A DNA stretch of 64,000 nucleotides, from assembly GCF_009914755.1 (NCBI RefSeq), contig NC_060929.1; one strand, given 5' to 3'. The position numbers were made by a program, and so were the translations under genes. Each line of letters opens with the position of its first letter. Within the stretch, counting starts at the first letter, position 1. The stretch comes from the human T2T-CHM13v2.0 reference genome, Homo sapiens. This document shows positions 42,233-56,265 of this stretch, in pieces. Below the pieces are notes generated by a model. It had not been told where the DNA came from, made no database searches, and saw only the letters and a list, made by a program, of their open reading frames with translations.

Positions 42233-43199
42233 TAAGGAATCTTAACAATATGTCACTTTACATGAATAAAATCAAAAGTTAATAGATCTGCTTTTGTAGA
42301 ACCATGTATAGAATAGCAAATACTTTGTTATGTATTATAGTTCATGATTGCTGTCTGAATATCAATAATATTTTAAAATGCATTATAAAAACAATAATTA
42401 AAATAATTATCTGAAATTTAAAAATCATCCCTGCATTAAAAATGCAAATAATTTGTGATAGATGCAATTTTAAAATAAGTGTGTTTGCCTTTGTAATTAT
42501 TTTCTTCCACCTTTATATAAAATGCCCTTATGTGGTCAAATGAAATTATAATTTTCTTTCAAATAAAACCCATGAGCATCTATTTAGTTTATTTTCTAGA
42601 TAATTGGCTAATTATGTGTTTCTCTTTCCATCTCATTTTTCTCTCCATTTATTATGGCAGAAAGGTTAAATAGCGTATAGGTGGTCCCAGAGAATTCACT
42701 TCTATCACACATGAATCTCCATTTCTCTACAAAATTCACATGGATTATCCTTTCTAACTCACCCCTCAGTCCTTATCACTTTGAATGAGCCTCTTTCATG
42801 GAACACTTCTTTACATCTGTGCCTACTGTAAAATGTTCTTATAGTTGAATATACATACCGTGATGCAGTTGAAAGACAAACAGTATAGTATAATTATGTC
42901 AGGAAGCATGAAACTTTCCAAAGTTCATGAGACTATAAATGTCTAAACATAATGAAATTTCAGAATCTCATCCTTTTTTTACATGCTTCTTTAAAACTTA
43001 TTTTTTTCAGGAATTCATCTGCTAATCCTTTCTTGCCTACCCTTTTGCAATTGTCCTCTCATATATCTCTCACATATTTGAAGTCTTACCATAGAACAGT
43101 AACCTGGGAGTAAAAATTTCTGGCATAACAAAGGGACATTTCAAAATACAGTACTTAACTGATGAAATCTCTCTTATCAAAATAAGAGCTATATAGGCC

Positions 43200-43992
43200 A
43201 AGCAAGCATAGGAAAAAAAAATGTTCAACATCACTAATCATTAGAGAAATGCAAATCAAAACCACAACGAGATACCGTCTCACACCAGTCAGAATGGCTA
43301 TGATTAAAAAGTCAAAAATTAACAAAAGCTAGCAAGGTTGCAGAGAAAAGGGAACACTTGTACACTCCTGGTGGAACTGTAAATGAGTTCAGCCACTGTG
43401 GAAAGCAGTGTGGCAATTCCTCTAAGAACCTGAAACAGAATTACCATTTGAGCCAACAATCCCACTACTGGTTATACACTCAAAAGAATATAAATTGCCC
43501 TACCATAAAGACACACACACCTGCATGTTCATTGCAGCACTCTTGACAATAGCAATGACATGGAATCAACCTCAATGCCCATCAATGGTAGACTAGATAA
43601 AGAAAATGTGGTACACATACATCATAGAATCACACACAGCCATAAAGAAGAATGAGATCATGTCCTTTGCAGCAACGTGAATGGAGCTGGAGTCTATTAT
43701 TCTTAGCAAACTAACAGAGACACAGAGAAACAAATCCTGCCTGTTCTCACTTATAAGTGGTAGCTAAACAACATGAACACATGGACACAAAGAGGGAAAC
43801 AACTGACACTGGGGCCCGCTTTTGGGTGGAGGTAGGAGGAGGAACAGGATCAGAAAAAAATACCTATTAGGCATTACGCTTATTACCTGGGTGACAAAAT
43901 AATCTGTACACCAAACCCCAGTGACACACAGTTTACCTATATACAAACCTGCACATGTAACTTTGAACCTAAAATGAAAGTTATAATAAAAA
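43200..43992 (+). mobile_element. L1PA (mid-age, about PA8-PA13) 3' fragment
   Basis: CAACATCACTAATCATTAGAGAAATGCAAATCAAAACCAC...AACCTGCACATGTA; flanks AGCTATATAGGCCA / AGTTATATAGACCA resemble a TSD. Confidence 0.9.
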
Positions 43993-44574
43993 AGTTATAT
44001 AGACCATGAAATTTTATTATTAATACACATCAAAATTTATATACAGGTTTTAGATAATACTGTACTGATAATTTTATTTAAAATGTAAACTGAGAAGCAT
44101 CTATTTAAAACTTAATCACTCAAAAATCAGAAAATTACCAGTACTCTTTTTGTCTCTTTTCTGTCACTAACTCCACCTACAAAAATGTAAGCCCTATCTT
44201 GATTTTCAAAACCAAAGATGAGTTTTTTCTGTCTTGATATACATTCATATAGAACATATTCTTGGATCTTGGTCTTTCATAAATATTATCCTCATAAGAC
44301 TATTCTATATCATTCTATGTACTTATTCTAATTACTAAATAATATTCTATTACATAACAAAATGCTATTCTGAAGTTGATGAGCATTTAGCTGATATACA
44401 GTTTCTGATTTTAATGTATAATGTACATTTCTTCTTGTAAAAGTGTAAACACATTTCTGTTAGCTATTTACCTGGAAATAAAATTACTGAGTTATAGAAT
44501 ATTCATATGGTTATTTTTTCAAATTTCATTACCAACAGTAATTACGATATTGTAAGCAGTTTGAGACTTCCTAA

Positions 44575-45025
<451 letters not shown>

Positions 45026-45039
45026 CAAAACTTTTTATT

Positions 45040-47067
45040 TATCTCCCTTTCCCACCAGCACTTTCTATGCACAGCACTCCCTTATCTAATTACATGCTTG
45101 CTTAGAAATTCTAGGGGCAATTTTAAACTATACTATAAAGCTACAGTAACCAAAACAGCATGGTACTGGTACAAAAACAGACATGTATATCAACAAAACA
45201 GAATAGAAAACTTAAAGTTACACACCTACAACCATCTGATCTTGTACAAGGCAGACAAAAACATGCAATGGAGAAAGGATTCTTTATTCAATGAATGGTG
45301 CTTGGATAACTGTTAAGCCATACATCAAAGACTGAAGTTGGATCCCTACCTTTCACTATATACAAAAAATTAACTCAAAATGTATCAAAGATTTAAATGA
45401 AAAACCTCAAACTATGACAATTTTAGGCAGCAACTTTGAAAATACTCTTCTTGATATCAGCCTTGCAATGAATTTGGAGTAAGTCTGCAAAAGCAATTGT
45501 AACAAAAACAAAAGTAACCAAAACAAAAGTAGACAAGTGGGACCTAATTAAACTAATTACTAATAAAATTAGTAATTAGTTAATTAAAGAGATTCTGCAT
45601 AGCAAAAGAAACTATCAACAGAGCAAACAAACAGCCTACATAATGGGAGAAGATATTCATAAACAATACATCCAACAAAGTCCTAATAACCTGAATCTAT
45701 TGGGAACTTAAATCAACAAGCAAAAACAAAACAAAACAAAACAAAACAAAACAAAAAACACCAAATAACTCCATTAACAAAATGGGCAAAAAATATGAAC
45801 AGAAACTTCTCAAAAGAAGACATGCAAGTAGCTAACAAACAGATGACAAAATGCTCAGCATCACGAATCATGCAAGAAATGCAAATCAAAATCACAATGG
45901 GATACCACTGCACACCAGTCAGAATAGCTACTATTAAAAAGTCAATAAACAGATGCTGGTGAGAGTGTGGAAGAAAGGGAAAACTTATACACTGTTGGTA
46001 GGAATGTAAATTAGTACAGCCACTGTGGAAAGCAGTCTGGAGATTTCTCAAAAACCTTAAAACAGAGCTACCATTCAACCCAGCAATTTAATTACTGGGT
46101 ATGTACCCAAAGGCAAATAAATGATTCTACCAAAAGGACACATGCAGATGTATGCTTATTGCTGTGCTATTCATGATAGCAAAGACATGGAATCAAACCA
46201 GGTGTACATCAATGGTAGACTGGATAAAGAAAATGTGGTGCATATACACCATTAATTCTATGCAGCCATAAAAAATAGAATCATGTCCCTTGCAGCAACA
46301 TGGATGCAGTGGGAGGTTATAATCTTAAGTGAATTAATGCAGGAACAGACAAACAAATACGGCATGTTCTAACTTATAAGTGGGAGCTAGACATTGAGCA
46401 CACATGAATATCAATGTTGGAATAATAGACATTGAAGACTGCTGGAACAGGGAGGGCAAGGGGGGGATGGGTTGAAAAACTACCTATTGAGTCCTATGCT
46501 CATTGCCTGAGTGATGGGATCCTTATCCCAAATTTCATCACCCAATATCCTCATGTAACAAACCTGCATATATACCCCATATACCTAAAAGTTGAAATTT
46601 TTAAAAAATTACATTTTACCTTGTAAATATATATAATTATTATATATTAATTACAAATAATTAAAAAAATCCCCCTCCCCCAAAAGAAAGAAGTTCCAGG
46701 GGCCAATTTGAATCAAATCAGGGATAGACATCAAGCTGCCAAATCCCCCTGCTTAGTCTACCACTACTGGGCCAAAGTCAGCATGACACAAACCCAACCT
46801 CCAGACAGGTGATTATGCAAGATAACATTCAGAACAAGACACGCAGAGCTGCGCCCTCTTGCCCCACCCCTGTATATTCCCCACACCAAATTTTACTTCC
46901 TAAACCCCTTCACTCAGCCCAGAAGGCTGAGATGGTTCCTTTGAGGCTTGAGGCCAGCCATTCTCCCATCTGCTGGCATTTGGTTGATAAAAGCTGCTTT
47001 CCTTTACCACACCTAGCTTCTCATGTTTTGACTCTGAGCACCAAACAGCTGGACTTGAGCTGGTACA
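45040..47067 (+). mobile_element. ERV1-type LTR remnant (family uncertain) split by an L1
   Basis: Pieces 45040-45123 and 46689-47067 share AGAA(A/G)TTC(T/C)AGGGGC(C)AATTT; the second ends GATAAAAGCTGCTTTCCTT...GCTGGTACA like an LTR U5. Confidence 0.55.
45124..46610 (+). mobile_element. L1PA15-17-like 3' portion
   Basis: [24 protein letters not shown]; 3' UTR GGGTTGAAAAACTACCTATTG; TSD 45104-45123 / 46689-46709. Confidence 0.9.
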
Positions 47068-47137
47068 TTAAGTGCAATCATCTCTTTTTTTTTTCCAAAT
47101 AATATATCTTTTATTTTAAAAATTTTCTTATGGTGTT

Positions 47138-47190
47138 GCATTGTATTGTCTTTATTTGTCTTGTATTGTATTGTATTGCCCTGTATTGTA
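47138..47190 (+). repeat. (TATTG)n degenerate pentanucleotide repeat
   Basis: TTGTATTGTATTGTATTGCCCTGTATTGTA. Confidence 0.7.
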
Positions 47191-47374
47191 CTGGTGTTGG
47201 TGGAAATTTTTGGCCTTCTTGTCTGGCTGTGCCCCAGTTCTGTAGAATGATTTGTAGTATACACGATATCAGGCATCCTTGTCTCATGCAGAACTCAGAG
47301 TCAACTTGTTCATACTTCACTATTATTTGTCATCTTTGTACTTTGTTGTAGTTTTCTGAACTATTATGTTTTTA

Positions 47375-47533
47375 TTGGTTTTATTTTTTATCAATACGTA
47401 ATAGTTGTACATATTTTTGAAGTACATGTGATACTGCTGGTGATGATCCTGGTGCTGGATATTTGGTTTTGGTTTTCTGTCGGGGAGTGAAGCCAGATTA
47501 CTTGCATTCTGCCATTTTTGGTGATGTCACTCC
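47375..47533 (-). mobile_element. Miniature L1: 5' terminus joined directly to an L1MA-like 3' terminus
   Basis: - strand GGAGTGACATCACCAAAAATGGCAGAAT...ATCACCAGCAG|TATCACATGTACTTCAAAAATATGTACAACTATTACGTATTGATAAAAAATAAAA. Confidence 0.6.
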
Positions 47534-47547
47534 ACTGAGGTATTACT

Positions 47548-47879
47548 CTTTTTTCTTTTCTTTTTCTTTTTTCTTTTCTTTTCTTTTTTTTTTTTTTGAG
47601 ACAGGGTCTAACTCTGTTGATCTGGCTGGAGTGCAGTAGCACAATGATGGCTCACTGCAGCCTCAACGTCCTGGAGTCCAGCAATCCTCCTAGCTAAGCA
47701 ACTTGCGTAACTGGGATTACAGGTGCACAGCACTACACCTGAATAATTCTTGCAATTTTTGTAGAAAGTGAGTCTCACTATCTTGTTTAGGTTGGACTCG
47801 AACTCCTGGGTTCAAGCGATCTACCTGCCTCAGTCTCCCAAAGTGCTGGGGTTACAGGCTTGAGCCACCACACCTGGCC
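47548..47879 (-). mobile_element. AluJ-type
   Basis: GAGACAGGGTCT, GGCTCACTGCAGCCTCAAC, CTCCTGGGTTCAAGCGATC; TSD GTATTACTCTTT on both sides. Confidence 0.92.
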
Positions 47880-47899
47880 AGTATTACTCTTTATTTTAA

Positions 47900-48545
47900 T
47901 AAAAAGGTCATTCTCTATTTCTACTTTACTGAAAGTGAATATTATGAGTACATTTATTATTATTTATTAAGTTTTCTTTATTGAAATGATATGACCTTCG
48001 ATTTTTGTTAACGTTATGAATTATATTGAATGTTTGCAGATGCTAACTTACTATTTCATCTATGAATTAACCTGCTTTGGTCAATGAATTTATCCCTTTC
48101 CTTATTGCCTAATTTCTTTTGCTAATATTTCATCAATGATTATTAAATCTATGTTCCGGACATGATGTTTCTGCATTTTTCTCTTCTTGTAATAAATTTA
48201 TCCTGTGTTAGTATCATTGCTACTGTGGCCTCATAAAAATAATTGTTATTTCTTCCTTCATTTTTCATTATCTGGATGGTTATGTATAAATTTGATATGA
48301 ATTTCTTAAGTATTTGGAAGAATATGATGAATCTATGTGGGTCTAAGCATATGAGTTTATTTTTATAGTTTTTTTAAATAATAGATTTTAATTTTGTAAT
48401 AGATATCAGACTTTCAGAATACCTATTGCTTCCTTTATTTGTTTTGGTACATTGTGTTTCTCAAAAATTACCACTTTCACAAAAATTGTCCAATTAATTG
48501 GTATAAAGTTGTTCCTGCTATCCCCCATCTTTTGAAAACCTGTTC
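47900..48545 (-). mobile_element. Old L1M ORF2 fragment
   Basis: TTTGCTAATATTTCATCAATGATTATTAAATCTATGTTC; GTGGCCTCATAAAAAT. Confidence 0.6.
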
Positions 48546-49407
48546 ATGTTTCCGCTACACCAATAAGAAATGCTAATAGTAAAGTTATGATGTTAGATCA
48601 TAAAAATCATTTCTAGAAACAAAAACATAAAATATTTGTAACATATTTTTTAAGTGAATGGTGCTTTAAATTTTTAATTAGTTCGACTATATATGCAGAG
48701 AAAGAAAAAATAGAGTGAGGCATACACAGGCAAAGGGCATACACTAAAGTCATAGCAAAGCTATCCCTGGACAATGGGAAGACAAAAATGCTTATCATTT
48801 TGTTATTACAGGTTTATTTTTCTACATTTTACAAGGTAACCATAAACATAAGTTGTTTTCATAATGAGAGCAAGGATTCAAATTAAAAAAAAAGGACACC
48901 ATCGTTTTGTCAGAATCAGTTTTAAAATGAATTCAATTTCTAAATAATATTTATAGTTATGTAAATAAATGCAGTAATTTTATGTATTCCAAGGGCTTCC
49001 TAAATGGGCAAATGTACAGACTTTTATTTCAATATTTGTTTACAGAAGAATAAAATAGTATGTCTCTAAATCTTTTTCTACTTTTTCTGTAATGTTTACT
49101 TTCATTAGAAAATAAATGTGATGCCATTTATTTATAATGATATGCCAAATGCAGGTTGTTATTTCTCACAATTATAATTTAGTGTCATAATTTAACAGGG
49201 TATAAAGTTGGAAAACATTATAGAAAAACTACTTTTTGTTTTTGCTTGTGAAAATCTCTACTGACATAGAAGGCATGGCAACATGATCAATCAGTTGCAC
49301 AATTGGGCTCTAGGTAAGTAATAATAGGAGATAGACGTGACATCAAGAGGAGAGTTATGCATACTTCTGAGTCTAATTTAGTCCTCTGCAAAACTATTAA
49401 CATGTTA

Positions 49408-50037
49408 TGTGATGGTCCCTAATATCACTGAGGTTCAGTAATTCATCAGAAGGGCTCACAACACTCAAAAGTTGTTATACTCAAGGATATGGTTTATCAT
49501 AGCAAAATTATACAAATCAAAATCAGCAAAGGGAAAGTGCATAGGGCAAAATCTGGATGAAATCAGGTTCATATTCTTTCCCAGTGGAGCAGCATAGGAC
49601 CCACTTAATTTTTCCAGCAAACAGTGTGACAAAATGCTTTAAGTGTTGTCTCTAAGGAAATATCATTAGAGAATCAGTATTCAAGGTTTGCACAGAAGCT
49701 GTTGCTGTACGCATCCTCTGTCTTGTGGTCAGCCTACAGAGCAGGATAGATCAGCACCCAAAATTTGGTTTGAATGTCAAGGCTGATGAGGAACCATTTA
49801 CCCACCAAGTTTCTAGACACCAGCCAAGGGCCAATCTGACCAGCAGACTAGAAGGACTCACAGCACCCAAAAGTTGTTACCCTCAAAGTTATGGTTTATC
49901 ATAGCAAAATTATACATATCAAAATTAGCAGAGGGAAAGTGCACTGAGCAAAATCTGGAGGAAACAAAGTACATGAATCCAAGAGTTGCTTAGGATAAAA
50001 GTCTGAGCCAACAGTGTAAACTCATTTTTTTTCCACA
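49408..50037 (-). mobile_element. MER68/MER77-like ERVL LTR with an internal duplication
   Basis: AGAAGGGCTCACAACACTCAAAAGTTGTTATACTC...AAAATCAGCAAAGGGAAA...CCCAGTGGAG; CCAGCCAAGGGCCAA; ends AACTCATTTTTTTTCCACA; strand assignment from recall. Confidence 0.65.
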
Positions 50038-51129
50038 GGTGTACACTGAAGTTTAGATTGATTACTTGGCCACTTGGAGAGCATAAGATTTTTTTTAGCA
50101 AAGCATTAGAATTTGTTTCCTAGACTTGTGCTCCTTATGTAACCTGCAGATAATAGGATGTATTCAAATAGAGATATGAATATATAATATTCAAATGATG
50201 TGTTGTACAAAATATCTCGTCTGTCTAGAGTCTGGGTTTTTATTTGAGTCATCAACTTTAAACTTTTTCTTCTAACTTTCTTTGTGTAGTGTGAATTGAT
50301 GAGGTGATTTTATGGGGAACAGATCTACTGTATTGCCAAGGCATAGTGTCTTAACAACCAAGCAATGAATGTGTAAAATATATTTTTGCCTTTTTGCCTT
50401 CTCTGCCCTGAGTGGTTTGTAGTTTGTATCTGTAGTTGTCTTCATATATAATCTAATTCTTTTGGATAGCCTTTGCCTAAAAAGCTACTATTTCTATATC
50501 TACAGTTACAGATATTTATATATTTATATTAGTTCCCATATACTTTAGTTTGTCTTTTTTAATAAGAAATCAATTAATAAACATTTTGAAACAAACCTTG
50601 CACAATACGAAAATAGAGTTTAGTTAACTTACATCTATGTGTCTGGTAAGTATCGTCAGTATGCTTTCAAGGTTAACACTTTTCCATTTGAAGGTTATAG
50701 TTTTAAAATGTAATTACCTTTAGATATGGGAAGAATCAAGTTATTTTTGTTGAAGCATAGTTATAATTCTTTTAATGAAAAGGAGCTTGAATATATATGC
50801 AAAGAATGGCACATTTATTAAAGTAATTATACTTTGAATACTTAGCTACAAATTTTATACCTCCTGGCTGAGGAGTAAAATTGAAATAGAAAACATGCTA
50901 TAATGCAATTTACAATGTAATTAGTTGTCAGTGGCATTATGTATTTCGTGTAACTCCATTATTAAAACATTTACAATTTACATAATCAGACAAATAATTT
51001 AATGAGTTTGAGATAGAAGAGTTTTTTTCCTACTTACAATAAAAGGCTATTTACAAGCAGAAGTAATGGCCAGTTTTAGATACAGGGACAGATTAAGCAC
51101 CATAAACTAGTTTGAGATGTTTAACCTGA

Positions 51130-51360
<231 letters not shown>

Positions 51361-51994
51361 CCTGGAGAACTTTATAAAGTTCCCATTGCCTGGAGAACTT
51401 TATAATTTAGTGTAATCTCAAAAAGAGTTAACTGTGAGTGGGTTTTGGGGTTAGGATTACAGAAGGAAACACAATTTCCATGCACGCAAGTGGTAAATAA
51501 GGGAACTATAATGGTGCATTTTTTGTTAAAAGAGCAACTGAAATACCCCAAGCTTCTCACAGAAACAATTCTGTAATACTTTACAGGGCTCTGAGGTCTT
51601 TGTAAAGAGGAGCCAGTAATAAAGGGGACTATTTCAGTTAATTTGTTATCATCATTATTGTGTCTTGAAATGGCTACTCTGTGCCTCCAGTTACTGGTGT
51701 GAAATTGTTGTCAATTTAGAATGATAATCTTCCATTCCTCCCTGGTGCAGCTATGTTTGATGGCAAGGCTGATTTAGCACTGAGTGAAACTCAAGATATT
51801 TTTTGTACCACCTCTGTCTTTTCTTAGAAAAAAATCAGATTAAAATTAAGGAATGCCTTCAATGACAAGAAAATCTAGAAGTTGTGTAGGTTTTTAGTTT
51901 TTATTTTAGGCCTTTTGCACCCAACAGAGTACTTTGCACATCTCTTCTTGTAAGTATTATTTAATCACTTGTTTTATCTAAAAAATTGTTACCT

Positions 51995-52680
51995 AGAATG
52001 GGCATCTACATACTATGGCCTATACACCACATTCACTCCACAGCATGTTTTTCTATTTTTTTTAATTAATTAATTTTTTGTTTACCCACTAACCAAGTAT
52101 TGCTTACCATTTTTTAAATGGCTTGTTAAAGAAGAAGTAGAGGGAGGAGAAGGAGAAAAGAGACTGCATATAGGCTGCAGAACCTGAAATATTTATTTCT
52201 TGACTCTTTACAAAAAGTAAAAATAAAAATTGTTGATTTTTGCTGCAGAGCAGCACTTTCAATATTACTTTCAGCAATGATGGAAATATTTTACATCACA
52301 GATATCCAAGACAATATTCACTCTTACAGGAGTAATTATTTAACACTTAAACTATGGGGAGTGGAGTATTACAGAAGAAATGAATTTTCTTGCTGTTTCA
52401 TTTAAAATAAGTTACATTTAAGTGTAAATGCCACACATGACTGGTGGCTACCATACAGTGCAGTAGAACAGAATGTAAGCTACTAAAAGGTAGAGTCCAT
52501 TGGATATTCTTAAGCATTGAGTATTAAATTTTAATGTGCACATACACCACCCGGGGTCTTTGAAAAACAAGGATTTGGGTTTGGTAGATCTCAAATGAGG
52601 TCTGAGATTCTGTGTTTTTTAGAAGTTTTCAGGTAATGTTGTTAAATGATGGTGTTCAGATCATACTTTAAGAAGAAAGG
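51995..52680. mobile_element. Cluster of hAT-Charlie MITEs: MER58-like (~51995-52245), MER3-like (~52248-52463), MER5-like (~52515-52680), with L2-like remnants nearby
   Basis: CCTGAAATATTTATTTCTTGACTCTTTACA; GCAATGATGGAAATATTTTACATC...CACATGACTGGTGGCTACCATA; GGTCTGAGATTCTGTGTTTTT...CAGATCATACTTTAAG. Confidence 0.65.
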
Positions 52681-52910
52681 CAGAATATCTTGAGAACAGC
52701 AGGTAACAAATTGTTGAATAAACAAATTTTACAATGTCATTTTCAGGAATTCTTATAAGATGAATAAAAAATTCATGAAAATAGGTGATTTATAACTACA
52801 CATGTAAACTTAAGTCTGTCTTAGCACTAGCTCCTAAGCTATATCTGTCACCTTACTAAGGGGTGCTGTCAGAAGGTAAGACATCTAAGAGTGTATTAGA
52901 CCCCAAGTTA

Positions 52911-53219
<309 letters not shown>

Positions 53220-53429
53220 CAGACCTCGTTATTTTCCAGGAATTATTCTGGGTATGTGTTTGTGCACATGTTTGTGGTTGGAAATGTTAAAACTGGTCAC
53301 TAATTGAGTACTATTATAATGAACAATTATGATAGACTATGCCATGTAACATGAGCTCTAAAAGAAATCTAACTTAATACAGCCTGCATTTGTAAGGACT
53401 AAGGATACTTAAAATAATGAATTCTAAGA

Positions 53430-53570
53430 GATGGTGATTAACAGCGTGAACTTTAGAACCAAATTGCCTGGACTCCAACACAGGCACTACCACTAACAAA
53501 CTTTGTAAATTTGGATATATTACTTACCCTGTCTGTGCTGCAGTGTCACTTTTTGAAAGTGACATTGAAA
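53430..53570 (+). mobile_element. MIR fragment
   Basis: GTGATTAACAGCGTGAACTTTAGAACCAAATTGCCTGG...CACTAAC...TTACTTACCCTGTCTGTGCTGCAGT. Confidence 0.7.
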
Positions 53571-54912
53571 ATAATTAGGGATAATGAAGGTAATTATGAC
53601 ATACTAATACATATCATGTTTACTAGGTGTCAGCTATTCATCTCAAAATTTTAATATATATATTACTTACCTAGAGCCCAATTGTGCAACTGATTGATCA
53701 TGTTGCCATGCCTTCTATGTCAGTAGAGATTTTCACAATCAAAAACAAAAACTAGTTTTTCTATAATGTTTTCCAACTTTATACCCTGTTAAATTATGAC
53801 ACTAAATTATAATTGTGAGAAATAACAACCTGCATTTGGCATATCATTATAAATAAATGGCATCACATTTATTTTCTCATGAAAGTAAACATTACAGAAA
53901 AAGTAGAAAAAGATTTAGAGACATACTATTTTATTCTTCTGTAAACAAATATTGAAATAAAAGTCTGTACATTTGCCCATTTAGGAAGCCCTTGGAATAC
54001 ATAAAATTACTGCATTATTTTAATATATTAACTCAATTAATCCCTAAAAGAAACCTCTGATATAGGCATGCTATTGTTATGCTCACTTTCTGGACAGAGA
54101 AAATGAAGCACATTGATGTCAACTGGAAAAGTTGCATTATAGTAGATTCAATCATTCAGCATCATTTATTTTAAAAATCTATCCTTTGCTCACTGATTTG
54201 TGATAAAATCTCAATTAAATATCAAGTGTCCATAAAATGAGTCTATTTCTGATCTCTCTTTTCTGTGTTGCTATGTTTCCATATGCCATATTATATTAAT
54301 ATAATTCTGTCTGAATTACTGTACCTTGATGACAAATCTCATGATTAAGAAAAGTTCATTAGCTCTGTTATTCTTCTCTAATGGTATCTTCACTATTCTT
54401 GGTTCTTTGTATTTTCAGATATATTTTTTAAAATTTTGTTCAGGACTGTCAACAAAGTAAATTTTTGGAATTAGGATTTTGATTGATATGGCTTTAAATC
54501 TATATCCCAATTTAGAGATAACTGACATCTTTACAGTTTTAAGTCTTATTTTATATGATCACAGGAAGTCTGTTCATCCGTTTGGATTTTCTTTTTTGAC
54601 TATGTCATTTTCCCATGACAATTATTCATGAAATCATTTGGGGTAAATGATTTCAGAAATTATATGTATTTGCTTATCTTAGACATTTAGGAAAACCATC
54701 TTTTGGATTAAAATATTATGTGATCTTGGCTTGCAAATCTATGTTAAGATTTTCTTTTGATTATACAATCTCAAGGAAATCCTTACTAGACCTCCTGCTC
54801 TAAGATCAGTAACTTTTATTGTAATCTTCTTGTGATGAGGAAGTTGGAAGGGTTTTAGACTTGCTTCTCACTTTCACAAAAATTATAACTTTGTGTGACT
54901 GTAGATATTTAA

Positions 54913-55049
54913 TTTTTTTAACTTTTATTTTAGGTTCAGGGTTACATGTATAGGTCTGTTATGTAGGTAAACTCATGTCATCGGGGTTTGATAGCAGAAA
55001 AAATAACTACTGGGTACTAGACTTAGTACCTGGGTGATTAAATAATCTG
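54913..55049 (-). mobile_element. Tiny L1PA 3' fragment with 5' inversion
   Basis: Antisense TTTAACTTTTATTTTAGGTTCAGG...GGGGTTTG followed by sense GAAAAAATAACTACTGGGTACTAGACTTAGTACCTGGGTGATTAAATAATCTG. Confidence 0.85.
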
Positions 55050-55407
55050 ATAGTAGATTTATATCAAAAGGTTATTGAAATCAACTGGGGAAGGTGTTTG
55101 GGACTGTGTTCTCATCTCTTGGTATATACTGTGTCAAGGAGAACCAAAATTTGTCAAGTTCATAATTTTTGTGATAATGTCTCCAGGACAAAACTGTCTC
55201 TGATTCTGGGTCCCCATGTTCCCTTAAATATTCTATCTAGCTCCTTCTTTAATGAATTTAAGAACTTTCATAAAGAGTTCACGTACTCCTAACTGCAGCC
55301 TTTTTGTTTTCAGGACATCTAGTCACCTACTTTAACAAACATAACTCAAATTTATTTACGTAAATATTTTATAGTTATTATTACCTGCCCTTGTTGAATA
55401 TCTGTAC

Positions 55408-56265
55408 TGTTGTAATATAAGAAGAAATATCTATTTGTTTTTTTCCTTCAGTTCTTGACATACGGCTCCTGAAACTTTTATAGATAGGGGTACTAAGAGA
55501 ATCTTCTGTTCCAATATTTGGACTTTGACCTCAGTTCCTGACACAGATCTCCTAAATCCTTGGCAATTTCCTGGATGATAGGATCATCTTTTGTTCTAAT
55601 GAAGCAACTCTTGGTGGGCTCACAGAGAGTCTCAAGACAGGAGCTGGTTGCCAAGGAAACCAACCATGCAATAAGAGGATTAGAATATTCAGCCCCACCC
55701 CATGACTTCCAGAGACAGAGGAAAGGCTGAAGGTTGAGTTGATTACCAGTAGCTCACGATATAATCATTCATGCCTACATAACACAGCTTTCATAAGAAC
55801 CCAATAGGACAGGGTTCAAGGACCCTCTAAAGAATGCCACACCTATAGAGGCATGGAAACTCTTTGCCACTTTCATCTGACTATTGATCTATATCCTTTG
55901 TAATGCCTCTTATAAGAAATGGGCAGATGTAAGTAAAGCGTTTCTCTGAGCTCTATTAGCTGCTGTAGAAATTAACCAAAACGCAGGAGGCTGTCTTGGA
56001 AACCTCCCATTTATAGTTGGTCAGTCAAAAGTATAGGTGATAACCTAGTTCTCAAGATTGGTGTCTGAAGTTGGGTCAATCTTGTGGGACTGAGCCTTCA
56101 GTCTGTGAGATCTGATGCTGTCCCCAGGTTGGCAGTGTCAGAATTGAGTTAAATTACAAAACACTAGTTTGGTTTCCACTGGAGAATCTGGAATCAGAAA
56201 TATTCTTTTGAATGTCCATGTAAAAGAGTAGAGAGAAAAAACGTATGCTTTTGTCTTTACAATAT
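55408..56265 (+). mobile_element. MER21-family LTR
   Basis: CAGTTCCTGACACAGATCTCCTAAATCCTTGG...TTTTGTTCTAATGAAGCAACTCTTGGTGGGC...CTTGTGGGACTGAGCCTT. Confidence 0.82.
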
